17,819 bases of DNA from positions 1 through 17,819 of the forward strand of contig JANMLN010000140.1 in NCBI GenBank assembly GCA_031372565.1, in the 5' to 3' direction. The notes beneath the pieces were generated by a model. It was not told the origin of the DNA. It searched no databases and worked only from the letters and a program-made list of their open reading frames with translations. Positions within the stretch are counted from its first letter, which is position 1; each line of letters opens with the position of its first letter. Source of the DNA: Gemmatimonadota bacterium (GTDB lineage: Bacteria; Gemmatimonadota; Gemmatimonadetes; Gemmatimonadales; Gemmatimonadaceae). Positions 5,503 through 13,719 of this stretch are shown here, piece after piece. The position numbers and the translations under genes were made by a program.

Positions 5503-8500
5503 CTAAAACGCGTACCGCACCCCCAGCTGCACCTGGTACGGGTCGCCGCGCTTCGCCAGCACCCCCACGCTCTCGTTCACCGTATACGAGTAGCGCCGCG
5601 TCACCTGGTTGAAGCCCGTCACGTTGAGCAGCGGCAGCTGCTGCGAGATCGGGTTCGACGCCGAGATCCCCTGGGGCAACAGGTACTGGCCCCCCCAGTC
5701 GGGGTTGAGCAGGTTCGCGAAGTTGAACACGTCCACGAACAGCGTGGCCCGCTGCGCGGCGAGCGTCGTGAAGGCGCGCGACAGTCGCACGTCCACGCGG
5801 CCGTTCCATGGCGCGCGCGCACCATTGCGGGTAGCCATCCGTCCGAGATGTGCTGTCAGGTAGTCGCGCGCGACGCTGCCGCTGTTCGCCAGCAGCCGCC
5901 GCATCGACGCCGCGACGGCGGCCGGCGTCGCGGGGTCATCCGGATTCGGGATGAACGCGAGGTCGTTGCCTGAGTAGTCGTCGCCGTTGATGTCGCCGTT
6001 GACCACCAGCGAGAACGGCCGCCCCGAGCTCCCCACGTAGCGCCCGCCGAGCACGAACCCGGCCCAGGACGGCAGTTCGCCGTACACCACCACCTTGTGG
6101 GGCACGGCGACGTCCGAGGGCCCCCAGCTCCCGGTGAGGTCGCGCGGATCGCCCACCACCGGCGTGAAGAGCGAACTGGTGCGCGCGATGCAGCAGTTGA
6201 AGGTCGAGTTGTCCTCCGCTCGGCTCCAGGCATACGACGCGCGGACCGAGCCCCCGCGCGGCAGGGCGAGCGCTGCGTCGAGCACGAACGCTTGGCTGCG
6301 CGAGCGCCCCGTGTTCACCAGTTCGAGCACGTGCGTGAAGGCGGGGTTCACGAAGGCGAAGCGCGCCGTCGTCCGGCCGCTCGCCGCGATCGTGGCGGCC
6401 GGCACGAACACGGGGCGGCTCCCCTCGTTGTCGAGGGTGAACGCGGGCTGGGCAAGGTTGCGATCGGCGTACTGATAGTTCTCCCACGTCTCCGACGCGA
6501 GCAGCGTGGCCCCGAGGCGCAGGCGCTCGCCCACGCGGCGCGTCCAGCTCACGCTCCCCTTCCAGGTGAGCGGCGTGACGAACGACGCCGAGATGAGGTT
6601 CACGTAGGCGGGCGCCGTTGTACCGGCGGGCACGCCGGGGACCGCGGCGAGTGACCCCCGGTACGCCGCGAAGTTGGGCGCCGGCACGGCCGCCCCCTGC
6701 AGCGTCAGGTCGGCGAGTTGCGTGCCGTTGAAGAAGAGGTCGTTGGCGTGGAGGTAGTCGTGCGGCTGCGCCGCGAAGGCGCCCGCCCCCAGCTGCACCA
6801 CGTCGCGCCCATCGCCCCCCACGTCCCAGGTGAGCGAGACCCTCGGCAGCACCTTGCCCCAATCGGTCGGGGCCTCATCGGTGCGCAGGCCGCTGAACGC
6901 TGCCTCGACCGCCGTATTCCGCACCGCTGGCGTGCGATACTGCGTCACGTCCCAGCGAACACCGGCCTGCGCGCGCACACGCGAGAATGGCTGCCACTCC
7001 ACCTGCGCATACGCCCCCGCGTCGAGCACCCACTGCCGCGCGTACGTGGTGCCACCCAGCGGCACCTGCCGGCTGAACCGGGAGGGCCGGAGGTTGTCGA
7101 GGGCAAGCAGCGAATCGAACTGAAAGAGTCCGCCTTGGTCGGTCGGCACGTACGTCGAGAGCCAGGTGAGCGACTGATCGATTCCCGCCGTGATTACGGC
7201 ACTCCCGGCCTGCCAGGCGAGCGTGTTCGCCAGCTGGAACTGCCGCTCGCCGCTCTCCTCGGGGGAGAGCCGGTTGCCCCCGAACTGGAGCTGCACGTCG
7301 CCCGTGGTGCCGTCGGGGAGCGCCGAGCGCACGCGCACGAAGCCGCGCGGAATCGTGGTGTTGGGCACGAGGGTGCGTCCCCCCACGCTCACCCCCAGCT
7401 TGAGCTCGTTCTGCACGGTGGCGGCCAGCTGCGATCGGAGCGACACGAGGAACTGGTTGTCGCTCGACCGGCTGCTCGAACGCGATTCCAGCAGCGCGAC
7501 GAGTTGGTCGCCCACGCCGTCGTTCGGGCTGTCGGATGCCGTGAAGTTGTGGCGCACGGTGAGCAGGTGGCGGTCGGAGATCGCCCAGTCGAGCCGCGCG
7601 AACAGGGTCGTTGCCTGCGCGCTGCGATTGAACACCCCCACCTGCGGCGCGCTGCCCAGCCCATACTTGGCCTGCAGGATGTTGACGAATCGCACCAGCG
7701 AATCGCGTGCGAGCTGCGCCGCGGTCTCGTCCGCGCTGGTGCGGAGGTCCGCGATCGCGAGCGGCACGTTGGCGTCCTGCCGGTCGAGCGCCACGAAGTA
7801 GTGCAGCCTGTCGGGCACGATCGCCCCCCCGGCGCTCGCGCCATACTGCCACACGGTGCTCGGCCGCGCCGACCGGTCGCGCCCCTGGAAGTCCGAGGCC
7901 GCGCTCAGCTGCTCGTTGCGCAGGTAACCGAACGCGGAGGCCTCGCGTGCGTTGCTTCCCGCACGGGTGACGGCGAGGATCGCCCCGCCGCCTTGGCGCC
8001 CCTGCGTCACGTCGTAGACGTTCGTCGCCACCTCGAACTCGCGGATCGCCTCGAGCGAGAGGGTGTACGGCCCGCGCCCGAGCTCGCCGCCGCGGAGTCG
8101 GTTGCGAGCGGCGAGTCCGTCGATGCGGATGTCGGTGCTCGTGGCGCGAGCGCCGCCCAGCGAGAGGTCGGCGCCGGCGAGCGGCGCGAGCGCGGCCAGG
8201 TCGGTGAAGTTGCGGTTGGCGGCCGGCACGGTGGCGATGGTGCGCGCGCCAATGCGCGTTGTGCCGCCGTCGCGCTCGCGGGCGCTGTCACGGAGGGCCG
8301 CGCGGATAACCATGTCCTCGACCGCGACCGCGCGTTCCTCGAGCGTCAGGTCCACGCGAAGCCGCGCTCCGAGGGTGAGCATGAGGCCGTCGCGCTGGGC
8401 GGGCGCGAAGCCCAGGCGGCGAACCGTCACCGTGTACGGCCCGCCGAGCGGCAGGTCACCCAGCCGCCAGGCTCCCGAGGCGCCGGTGCGCGTGGTGATG

Positions 8501-8679
8501 GCGACGCCGGTTCCGCCATGGACGGCGCGCACCATCGCGTCGGCGATCGGGGTGCCATCGCCTCGCGCGACGCGTCCCTCGATGCTCGCGTCGGTGCCTT
8601 GGGCCGAGACGGCGGGCGCGAGAAGGAGGAAGAGCAGCGCGAGTCGCGCTGCGACGGAGATCGACGGGGGCGTCCGCAA
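5503..8679 (-). CDS. TonB-dependent receptor, Oar-like, with N-terminal carboxypeptidase-regulatory-like domain
   Basis: Signal peptide ending VSA-Q; GGPYTVTVRRLGF; plug motifs NRNFTDLAAL and AIREFEVATNVYDVTQGRQGGG; C-terminal QVQLGVRYAF; 1058 aa, TTG start. Confidence 0.92.
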   Translation of the reverse strand: MRTPPSISVAARLALLFLLLAPAVSAQGTDASIEGRVARGDGTPIADAMVRAVHGGTGVAITTRTGASGAWRLGDLPLGGPYTVTVRRLGFAPAQRDGLMLTLGARLRVDLTLEERAVAVEDMVIRAALRDSARERDGGTTRIGARTIATVPAANRNFTDLAALAPLAGADLSLGGARATSTDIRIDGLAARNRLRGGELGRGPYTLSLEAIREFEVATNVYDVTQGRQGGGAILAVTRAGSNAREASAFGYLRNEQLSAASDFQGRDRSARPSTVWQYGASAGGAIVPDRLHYFVALDRQDANVPLAIADLRTSADETAAQLARDSLVRFVNILQAKYGLGSAPQVGVFNRSAQATTLFARLDWAISDRHLLTVRHNFTASDSPNDGVGDQLVALLESRSSSRSSDNQFLVSLRSQLAATVQNELKLGVSVGGRTLVPNTTIPRGFVRVRSALPDGTTGDVQLQFGGNRLSPEESGERQFQLANTLAWQAGSAVITAGIDQSLTWLSTYVPTDQGGLFQFDSLLALDNLRPSRFSRQVPLGGTTYARQWVLDAGAYAQVEWQPFSRVRAQAGVRWDVTQYRTPAVRNTAVEAAFSGLRTDEAPTDWGKVLPRVSLTWDVGGDGRDVVQLGAGAFAAQPHDYLHANDLFFNGTQLADLTLQGAAVPAPNFAAYRGSLAAVPGVPAGTTAPAYVNLISASFVTPLTWKGSVSWTRRVGERLRLGATLLASETWENYQYADRNLAQPAFTLDNEGSRPVFVPAATIAASGRTTARFAFVNPAFTHVLELVNTGRSRSQAFVLDAALALPRGGSVRASYAWSRAEDNSTFNCCIARTSSLFTPVVGDPRDLTGSWGPSDVAVPHKVVVYGELPSWAGFVLGGRYVGSSGRPFSLVVNGDINGDDYSGNDLAFIPNPDDPATPAAVAASMRRLLANSGSVARDYLTAHLGRMATRNGARAPWNGRVDVRLSRAFTTLAAQRATLFVDVFNFANLLNPDWGGQYLLPQGISASNPISQQLPLLNVTGFNQVTRRYSYTVNESVGVLAKRGDPYQVQLGVRYAF

Positions 8680-8707
8680 GCAGGGCCAGTGGGTATTTGA
8701 GGCCCTA

Positions 8708-8752
8708 CAAGGTACACATTTAAGGCACTTAAGGGAATATAAAGTCCCTTGA
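8708..8752 (-). promoter_or_regulatory. AT-rich promoter/operator of the TonB receptor gene
   Basis: Inverted repeat AAGGGA-N8-TCCCTT (8731-8750); direct repeats CAAGG/TAAGG/TAAGG/TAAAG at 8708, 8721, 8730 and 8740. Confidence 0.55.
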
Positions 8753-8760
8753 ACGCCAGC

Positions 8761-9183
8761 TCAGGTCGACCCCGGCTCCCGCGCGATCATGATCTCCGTG
8801 CTCTTGATGACCGCCAGCACTTCCAGCCCCACCGCCAGGCGCAAGCGCTCAGCCGACGACCGCGTGATGATGGAGACCAGTTCCTGCCCACCGATCGCGA
8901 GCCGGACCTCGGCCATCACGCCATCGGCGACAATGGCGGTGATGCGCCCGCGCAGCCGGTTGCGCGCGCTGATCTCGAGCGCGCCATCGGCCGGGGCCTC
9001 GGAGGCGGGGTGAGCCCCGCCGCCCGATGGTCGCTGCGCCGCCATGAGCGCCCCCCGCGAGAACAGCCACTTCCGGCCGAAACGCACCGCGGGCAGCTCG
9101 CCCGAGCGGGCCAGATGCTGCACGCGCTTCACGTGCAGGTGCAGCAGCGTGGCGGCCTCCTGGGCGGTGATCAGGTCGTCCAT
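8761..9183 (-). CDS. Excisionase-type HTH (HTH_17) fused to a TOBE/Mop domain; putative molybdate/tungstate-sensing regulator
   Basis: N-terminal LITAQEAATLLHLH...GELPAVRFGRKWLF; C-terminal ISARNRLRGRITAI...GVMAEV...SIITRSSAERLRL...AVIKSTEIMI (Mop SARN, T-x-x-S and K-S/A ligand motifs). Confidence 0.9.
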   Translation of the reverse strand: MDDLITAQEAATLLHLHVKRVQHLARSGELPAVRFGRKWLFSRGALMAAQRPSGGGAHPASEAPADGALEISARNRLRGRITAIVADGVMAEVRLAIGGQELVSIITRSSAERLRLAVGLEVLAVIKSTEIMIAREPGST

Positions 9184-9216
9184 GCGGGGAAGTCTAGTCG
9201 CGCTACTTGTTGGCGG

Positions 9217-9897
9217 TCACGTCTCGTCGTCGGCCTTGGTCGCTCCTTCACCGACGACGTCGCGCATCAAGGCCTTCCAGCCGCCGAGCATCACGACGCC
9301 GATCGCGGTCATGATCCATGCGCCAAACCGCGACAACGTGGCCCATGTGGAGTACTGCTCCGCGTCGAGCGTCGCCTGCGCGGAGAGCGCCTTGAGCTCC
9401 TTGAAGAAATGCTCGCCGGCCGAGTCGAAGTGGGCCAGCACGACACTGTCCTGCTCGACGGTGGTTTCGGGGTTGCCGTATTCCGCGACAAGGAGGTTGG
9501 CCGCGGCGGTTGCACTGTCCCCCGCCTGATGCACCTTGGCCGATTCCGTATCATCGATGCCGAGCGCCTTCAGATGGGCGGTGAAGCCGGCGACGCGCTC
9601 CTTGAGCTCGGTGCCGGCCGAGTCGATCTCCGCTTCGAAGGCTGCGTCCTTATCGACGGGTGTGGCGACGTTGTTGACCTGGTGCTCCAGCTTGACCAAA
9701 CGGCTCAGGGTGGCGCGCTGGTCCCGCTCCTGCTGCTGGCGCGCCTCCTCGTCGTCGAGCGCCACCTGGATCTGCTGCGAGGCCGTGGACGCGCTCTCGA
9801 GCCCGACCGCGATCTGGTCGCGAAGGAGCCACGGGACCACGATGATCGCGATCCCGAGGAGACGTCGTCCCCTGCCACCTGGTGCGATGCCGGCCAT
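9217..9897 (-). CDS. Hypothetical membrane protein (two TM segments flanking an acidic helical domain)
   Basis: Hydrophobic LLGIAIIVVPWLL and FGAWIMTAIGVVMLGGW segments; GGGAG RBS; GC3-biased codons. Confidence 0.65.
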   Translation of the reverse strand: MAGIAPGGRGRRLLGIAIIVVPWLLRDQIAVGLESASTASQQIQVALDDEEARQQQERDQRATLSRLVKLEHQVNNVATPVDKDAAFEAEIDSAGTELKERVAGFTAHLKALGIDDTESAKVHQAGDSATAAANLLVAEYGNPETTVEQDSVVLAHFDSAGEHFFKELKALSAQATLDAEQYSTWATLSRFGAWIMTAIGVVMLGGWKALMRDVVGEGATKADDET

Positions 9898-9963
9898 GCG
9901 CGCTCCCGTGAGAATGTCGTGTTGCGTGTGGGGGAGAGTATGGGACCGGTCGGACGGTGGGCG

Positions 9964-10569
9964 CTAGGTGCCGAGCCGTTCCTCGCGCCCGCCGCGATAG
10001 GCCCGCACGCCATCGGTCACGCCATAGAGCAGCATGAGCGCGTCCGGCCGTCCGTACTGTCGCATGACGTCGAGCATCATCGCCTCGTCGCCGGGCCATG
10101 GGTATGCGAACACCACGTCGAACTCCTCCAGCGCACAGCCGAGCGCGAGGTAGCCCGAGCGGCCTGAGTCCACCCTCCCCGTGCGGCCGTCGCGCTCTCG
10201 CGAGGCCCACCGGTACCCCTCGGGAAGGAAGCTCCCGGTGATGAAGCGCGCGTTGGACGCATGTCGCGTCGCGAGCGCCTCGGCAGTCCGCACGAGGCTC
10301 GCGTCGATCTCGATGCCGCAGGCGTCGTAGCCGAGCAGGTCGGCCATGATCGCGATCACTCCTGACGCCGATCCCCACTCGAGGAACCGGCGCTCAGGGT
10401 GATAGACCTGGACGAGCGCCGCCTGGACGGCCTCGTAGTTGGCCGCCACGAACGAGTGGAACCGGTGGTCGCGCACGTCGTGCTCGAACTTCTCGAAGAT
10501 GGCCCACCCCTCGTCGCAGAGCGCCGAGAGCCGCGCGCGCAGCGCCCCGTCCACCACGGCGGGACTCAT
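9964..10569 (-). CDS. Class I SAM-dependent methyltransferase
   Basis: FLEWGSASG (motif I), GIEIDASL (motif II), FDVVFAYPWP; start placed at ATG 10569 inside ORF 9964..11328. Confidence 0.82.
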   Translation of the reverse strand: MSPAVVDGALRARLSALCDEGWAIFEKFEHDVRDHRFHSFVAANYEAVQAALVQVYHPERRFLEWGSASGVIAIMADLLGYDACGIEIDASLVRTAEALATRHASNARFITGSFLPEGYRWASRERDGRTGRVDSGRSGYLALGCALEEFDVVFAYPWPGDEAMMLDVMRQYGRPDALMLLYGVTDGVRAYRGGREERLGT

Positions 10570-10745
10570 GGCGGTGCTACCGCGAGGGTCAGCGTCACCC
10601 GCTCGAGCAGCGCGCGACAACGCGGATGCGCATGATACGGGTGGAAGCAGGGCTGCATGCCGACAGTGTACATCCAGTCCGACTTCTCCGCGCAACCGCG
10701 CTCGAGGGCGTCCGTCAGGGTGTCCACGTCGCCGGTGAACGCGGG
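10566..10745 (-). pseudogene. C-terminal remnant of a TPR-tail signalling protein (kinase/adenylate-cyclase type)
   Basis: PAFTGDVDTLTDALERGCAEKSDWMYTVGMQPCFHPYHAHPRCRALLERVTL...* resembles the 'G..D.AL..LE.A......DP.F..L...PRF..LL' tail. Its stop overlaps the methyltransferase ATG (ATGA). Confidence 0.6.
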
Positions 10746-10760
10746 GCCCCGCGTCGTGCG

Positions 10761-11390
10761 CTACGGAGTGCCGGTCGGTACCAGCCGCGGATCGTGAACG
10801 AGCAGCCATGCCTCGTCCTCTCGGCCGATAAGCGCTCCCGTCACGCCACCAGCAACGACGCCAGCCACGCCACCACCGAGAATGCCACCCACAACCGCGA
10901 TCCCGACGTTCTGCTGGCAGAAGACGAGGCAGTTGGGTGACTGTTTGTAGTTGCTCTCGGTGATGGCCGCCACGGCTCCCCCAACGACCGCGCCCAGCAG
11001 GAGTCCCCACTTCGCGCCTCGCCCGGCACCGCTTGCCGCCGATCGCGGCTGCAGCACCGGCACGCGCACCTCGCGCACGTCGGGCCACGGCACCTGCACG
11101 CCGAGTGAGTCGTTGCGCAGGGAATCCACGACCGGCGTCTTGAGAAACCAGGCGAGCGCCTCGCCTCGGCCTCCGCGAGCGGGAATGCGAACCGTCAGCC
11201 CACGGTCGTCGACGTTGGTCACGCGGCCCTCGAGCGGCTCGCTCGCAGAGACGGCCCGCGCGTGCGTGATGCGCACCGTGGCCCCGAGAGACACCGCAGC
11301 GGGCGCGCCACCCGCCTTCTGCGCGCACACGACGGACGAGAATCCAGCGACCGCGAGCACCGCGATGACGACGTCACGAGAAAGCGGCAT
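10761..11390 (-). CDS. Secreted/membrane protein with beta domain and C-terminal glycine zipper
   Basis: Signal peptide ending VCA-Q; GATVRI...LEGRV; GLLLGAVVGG...CxxxC...GGILGGGVAGVVAGGVTGALIG...W. Confidence 0.75.
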   Translation of the reverse strand: MPLSRDVVIAVLAVAGFSSVVCAQKAGGAPAAVSLGATVRITHARAVSASEPLEGRVTNVDDRGLTVRIPARGGRGEALAWFLKTPVVDSLRNDSLGVQVPWPDVREVRVPVLQPRSAASGAGRGAKWGLLLGAVVGGAVAAITESNYKQSPNCLVFCQQNVGIAVVGGILGGGVAGVVAGGVTGALIGREDEAWLLVHDPRLVPTGTP

Positions 11391-11491
11391 GAGGCTCACC
11401 ACACGGATGGGGTGGGGGCAAACGGTTCACGTCATCGTGAACTCCGCGACCGATACGATGCGCCGACCGGTGCTGAGCCGCAACCCGCGGG

Positions 11492-11584
11492 CTACGTCGC
11501 GCGCGTCTGCTGGGCCCCGGACGTCTTCGCGCCGAGCGCGACCATGGAGAGCAGCAGGCAGCGCGCCAACGTCGGTCAATTCAT
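11492..11584 (-). pseudogene. Signal-peptide remnant with in-frame stop
   Basis: MN*PTLARCLLLSMVALGAKTSGAQQTRAT*; the ATG overlaps the upstream stop (ATGA). Confidence 0.5.
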
Positions 11585-12033
11585 TCGCGTCCCTCCGTTT
11601 GCGGAGGACGCGCGACTACGACCCAGGCGTCGCTATCATCGGCCGCCAGTGCACCAATGCCGGCGCTCCGCATCACTGCGTCCGACTGCACCGGCCGCGT
11701 GCGCACCTCGCGCGCCTCGCTCCAAGACACGAACGCGCGGACGGAATCGGTCCAGGCCGTGTCCAGCAATCGCATCCTGAGCGACAGGGCGAGCGCGCTG
11801 CCACGTCCCTTCACGTCGCCGATGCGGAACCGTAGCCCCTCGCCATCCGCATGCTCAACGCGCCCCTCGATCGCGGGCGTGAGCGGGTCGGCGTTCACAT
11901 GCAGGATGCGCACGATGGCGCCGGGCGTCAGCACGGCAGGGGAGACATTCCTGCTCGAGTCCTGCGCGCCAACCTTGGCGACGCTGACGCTGAACGAGAC
12001 AACAGCCGCGGCGAGACAGCACGGAAGCCGCAT
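11581..12033 (-). CDS. Paralog of 10761..11390 lacking most of the glycine zipper
   Basis: GGAGG RBS; signal peptide ending VGA-Q; GAIVRILH/IEGRV/GRGSALA/W..AREVR/DAWVVV align with the neighbour. Confidence 0.7.
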   Translation of the reverse strand: MRLPCCLAAAVVSFSVSVAKVGAQDSSRNVSPAVLTPGAIVRILHVNADPLTPAIEGRVEHADGEGLRFRIGDVKGRGSALALSLRMRLLDTAWTDSVRAFVSWSEAREVRTRPVQSDAVMRSAGIGALAADDSDAWVVVARPPQTEGRE

Positions 12034-12294
12034 GGGGCCCTCCGGAAGCACGAGTGTGGTTGGGAGCGGGTCACGTCGTCGTGAACACCTCGCGGGGAAC
12101 TATGCGGCCTGGGGTTGGACTGTCAATTGGAGTCGGTCGACTACTCGTCGAACGTACGGCCGCCCGCAGCGGTCGCCGACGTCGCGTGCGAGACGATCCG
12201 CCGCTTCCTCGAGGCCGCGCCGCGTGCCGCGAGATGACGGTGCCGCGCGCGCTCACGCTGCGCCGCACGCGCGACAGCTGCCGGTTCAGGTCCG

Positions 12295-12620
12295 GCCGAC
12301 CTGGGGTTCTCCGACGGACCGGTCGCCGCGAAAGGGAAGCCCAAGGGAGCTGCCAAGACACCGGTCGGCGACAGCGGACAGCACGCTCCCTCCCCAACAT
12401 TGGGAGGCATGATCTCGTTGTCGGTCACGCCCGATGCTGCAGAGATCGTCATCGACGACGTGTGGCGCTTCAAGGGACGCGTGGCCAACTGGTTGCTGGC
12501 GCCAGGGAAGCACTCGATTCGAATCAGCGCCGATGGCTACGAGAGCACGACGAGGATCATCAACGTGCGTGCCCTGGAAAGGGTCTCGCTCGGCGCACTC
12601 GTGCTCAAGAAGCTGCCTGC
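12295..12620 (+). pseudogene. PEGA-domain C-terminal remnant
   Basis: Pro/Lys-rich linker then GMISLSVTPDAAEIVIDD...LAPGKHSIRISADGYESTTRIINV; no convincing N-terminus, and the frame runs on antisense into vapC. Confidence 0.6.
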
Positions 12621-12654
12621 GGTGAAGGAAGGCCCCGCCAGCGGGGCGACCATC

Positions 12655-13068
12655 CTACGTGCGCGCCGGAAACGGAGCGGCGACCTTCAGGCCGCTGACG
12701 GCACGGCGGAGCGCGGCGAACCCCTGATCGCGCGTCACAAGCGTCCAGCCAAACTCGCGCGCCTGACAGGCCAAGAGTGCATCGTTGAACCCGCTACCGC
12801 TCGCGGTCTCCCGAAGCTGAGCAGCGCGACGCCAGGCGCCATCGGTCGGCGCCAGCACGCGCCCGCGGCGATCGAAGGGGGACAGGAACAGCCGGTTCAG
12901 CACGTCGAGCGCCTTCCCGCTGCGGGTGCCGGCAATCAGCTCCGCCGCGACGACGCTCGATACGACGGTGGAGGGAAGCGCCCAGCTGAGGAACGCCTTC
13001 AAGCGATCGAGCTCGGCGGGTTGCCAGGCGGCGTCAATGAGGACGTTGCTGTCGAGGGTATAAATCAC
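12655..13068 (-). CDS. vapC: VapC PIN-domain toxin
   Basis: YTLDSNVLID...SSVVAAELIAG...NDALLACQAREFGWTLVTRDQGF with the acidic tetrad; the GTG start overlaps the antitoxin stop (GTGA). Confidence 0.9.
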   Translation of the reverse strand: MIYTLDSNVLIDAAWQPAELDRLKAFLSWALPSTVVSSVVAAELIAGTRSGKALDVLNRLFLSPFDRRGRVLAPTDGAWRRAAQLRETASGSGFNDALLACQAREFGWTLVTRDQGFAALRRAVSGLKVAAPFPART

Positions 13069-13277
13069 CCGCCATTGCGGGCAGGGGCGCCGAACGCGCC
13101 CACGGCCGCCAAGGCATCGAGGCCGCGGAAGACTTCCGTGCGGAAGACGACGAGGTCGAGGGCGGCGTCCACTGCTGCGGTTTCCGTGTGCGCGCCCAAC
13201 GCGGCCTTGGCCGCATCCAGCTTTCGCTGATCCATCAGCATGTTCTTGCGGCGGATCACCCCGCGAACTTTGGCCAT
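13065..13277 (-). CDS. vapB: VapB-type antitoxin (RHH-like)
   Basis: RRKNMLMDQRKLDAAKAALGAHTETAAVDAAL; translationally coupled upstream of the PIN toxin; GGAGAGAGG RBS. Confidence 0.85.
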   Translation of the reverse strand: MAKVRGVIRRKNMLMDQRKLDAAKAALGAHTETAAVDAALDLVVFRTEVFRGLDALAAVGAFGAPARNGG

Positions 13278-13598
13278 CCCTCTCTCCCGTTGGGTCTGCG
13301 CGGAAGGTAGCGCGACATACAGCTAGGAGCAATGTGGTGTCTGTATAACGCCGGATGACGCGCCAGTTGGCGTTCATTTAGGAGGACGAACTGAGTCGCG
13401 GCATGGACGGCGTGATGCGCTCGTTCGGCCCGCGGCCGCTCGCCAAGGAGCTGCGCCTGGACATCGCGTTCGTCAACCGCGACCGGTCGGCGGTCGGGCT
13501 CGGGATACCCTGGCTGGGGTTCAGCGCGAAGCGCGGGAGTGGCGGCGCCACGCCTCGCCGCCGCCCCACTCGCCCGATGGTCGGCGAGTTCACCACAC

Positions 13599-13615
13599 TT
13601 GGAACGAATCTTGCT
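13599..13615 (+). promoter_or_regulatory. Sigma-54 (-24/-12) promoter
   Basis: TTGGAACGAATCTTGCT versus consensus YTGGCACGRNNNTTGCW: one mismatch, correct GG-N10-GC spacing, about 105 bp before the PEP-CTERM ATG. Confidence 0.7.
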
Positions 13616-13719
13616 TCTACGACCCTTCGCTGCGGCCAAAACCGCGCCGAGCCGCGACTTCGAGCGCGCGCTTGGCGACCCGCGTCGCGACTCCCACCCT
13701 CCTCCTGCCCTCCCATCCC

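Noticed and set aside
6718..8700. Long antisense ORFs (6718..8700 +, 2098..3234 +, 345..1685 -, 8749..10167 +, 16112..16918 +)
   Set aside because: Shadow frames of well-supported opposite-strand genes; stop codons are rare in high-GC DNA and no motifs are present.
12121..12130. TGTCAAT matching the IS21 tip
   Set aside because: Only 7 bp, with no subterminal repeats or transposase following.
12315..12370. Cobalamin-riboswitch-like AAAGGGAA...CTGCC
   Set aside because: Lacks the remaining conserved elements and reads as the coding linker before the PEGA domain.
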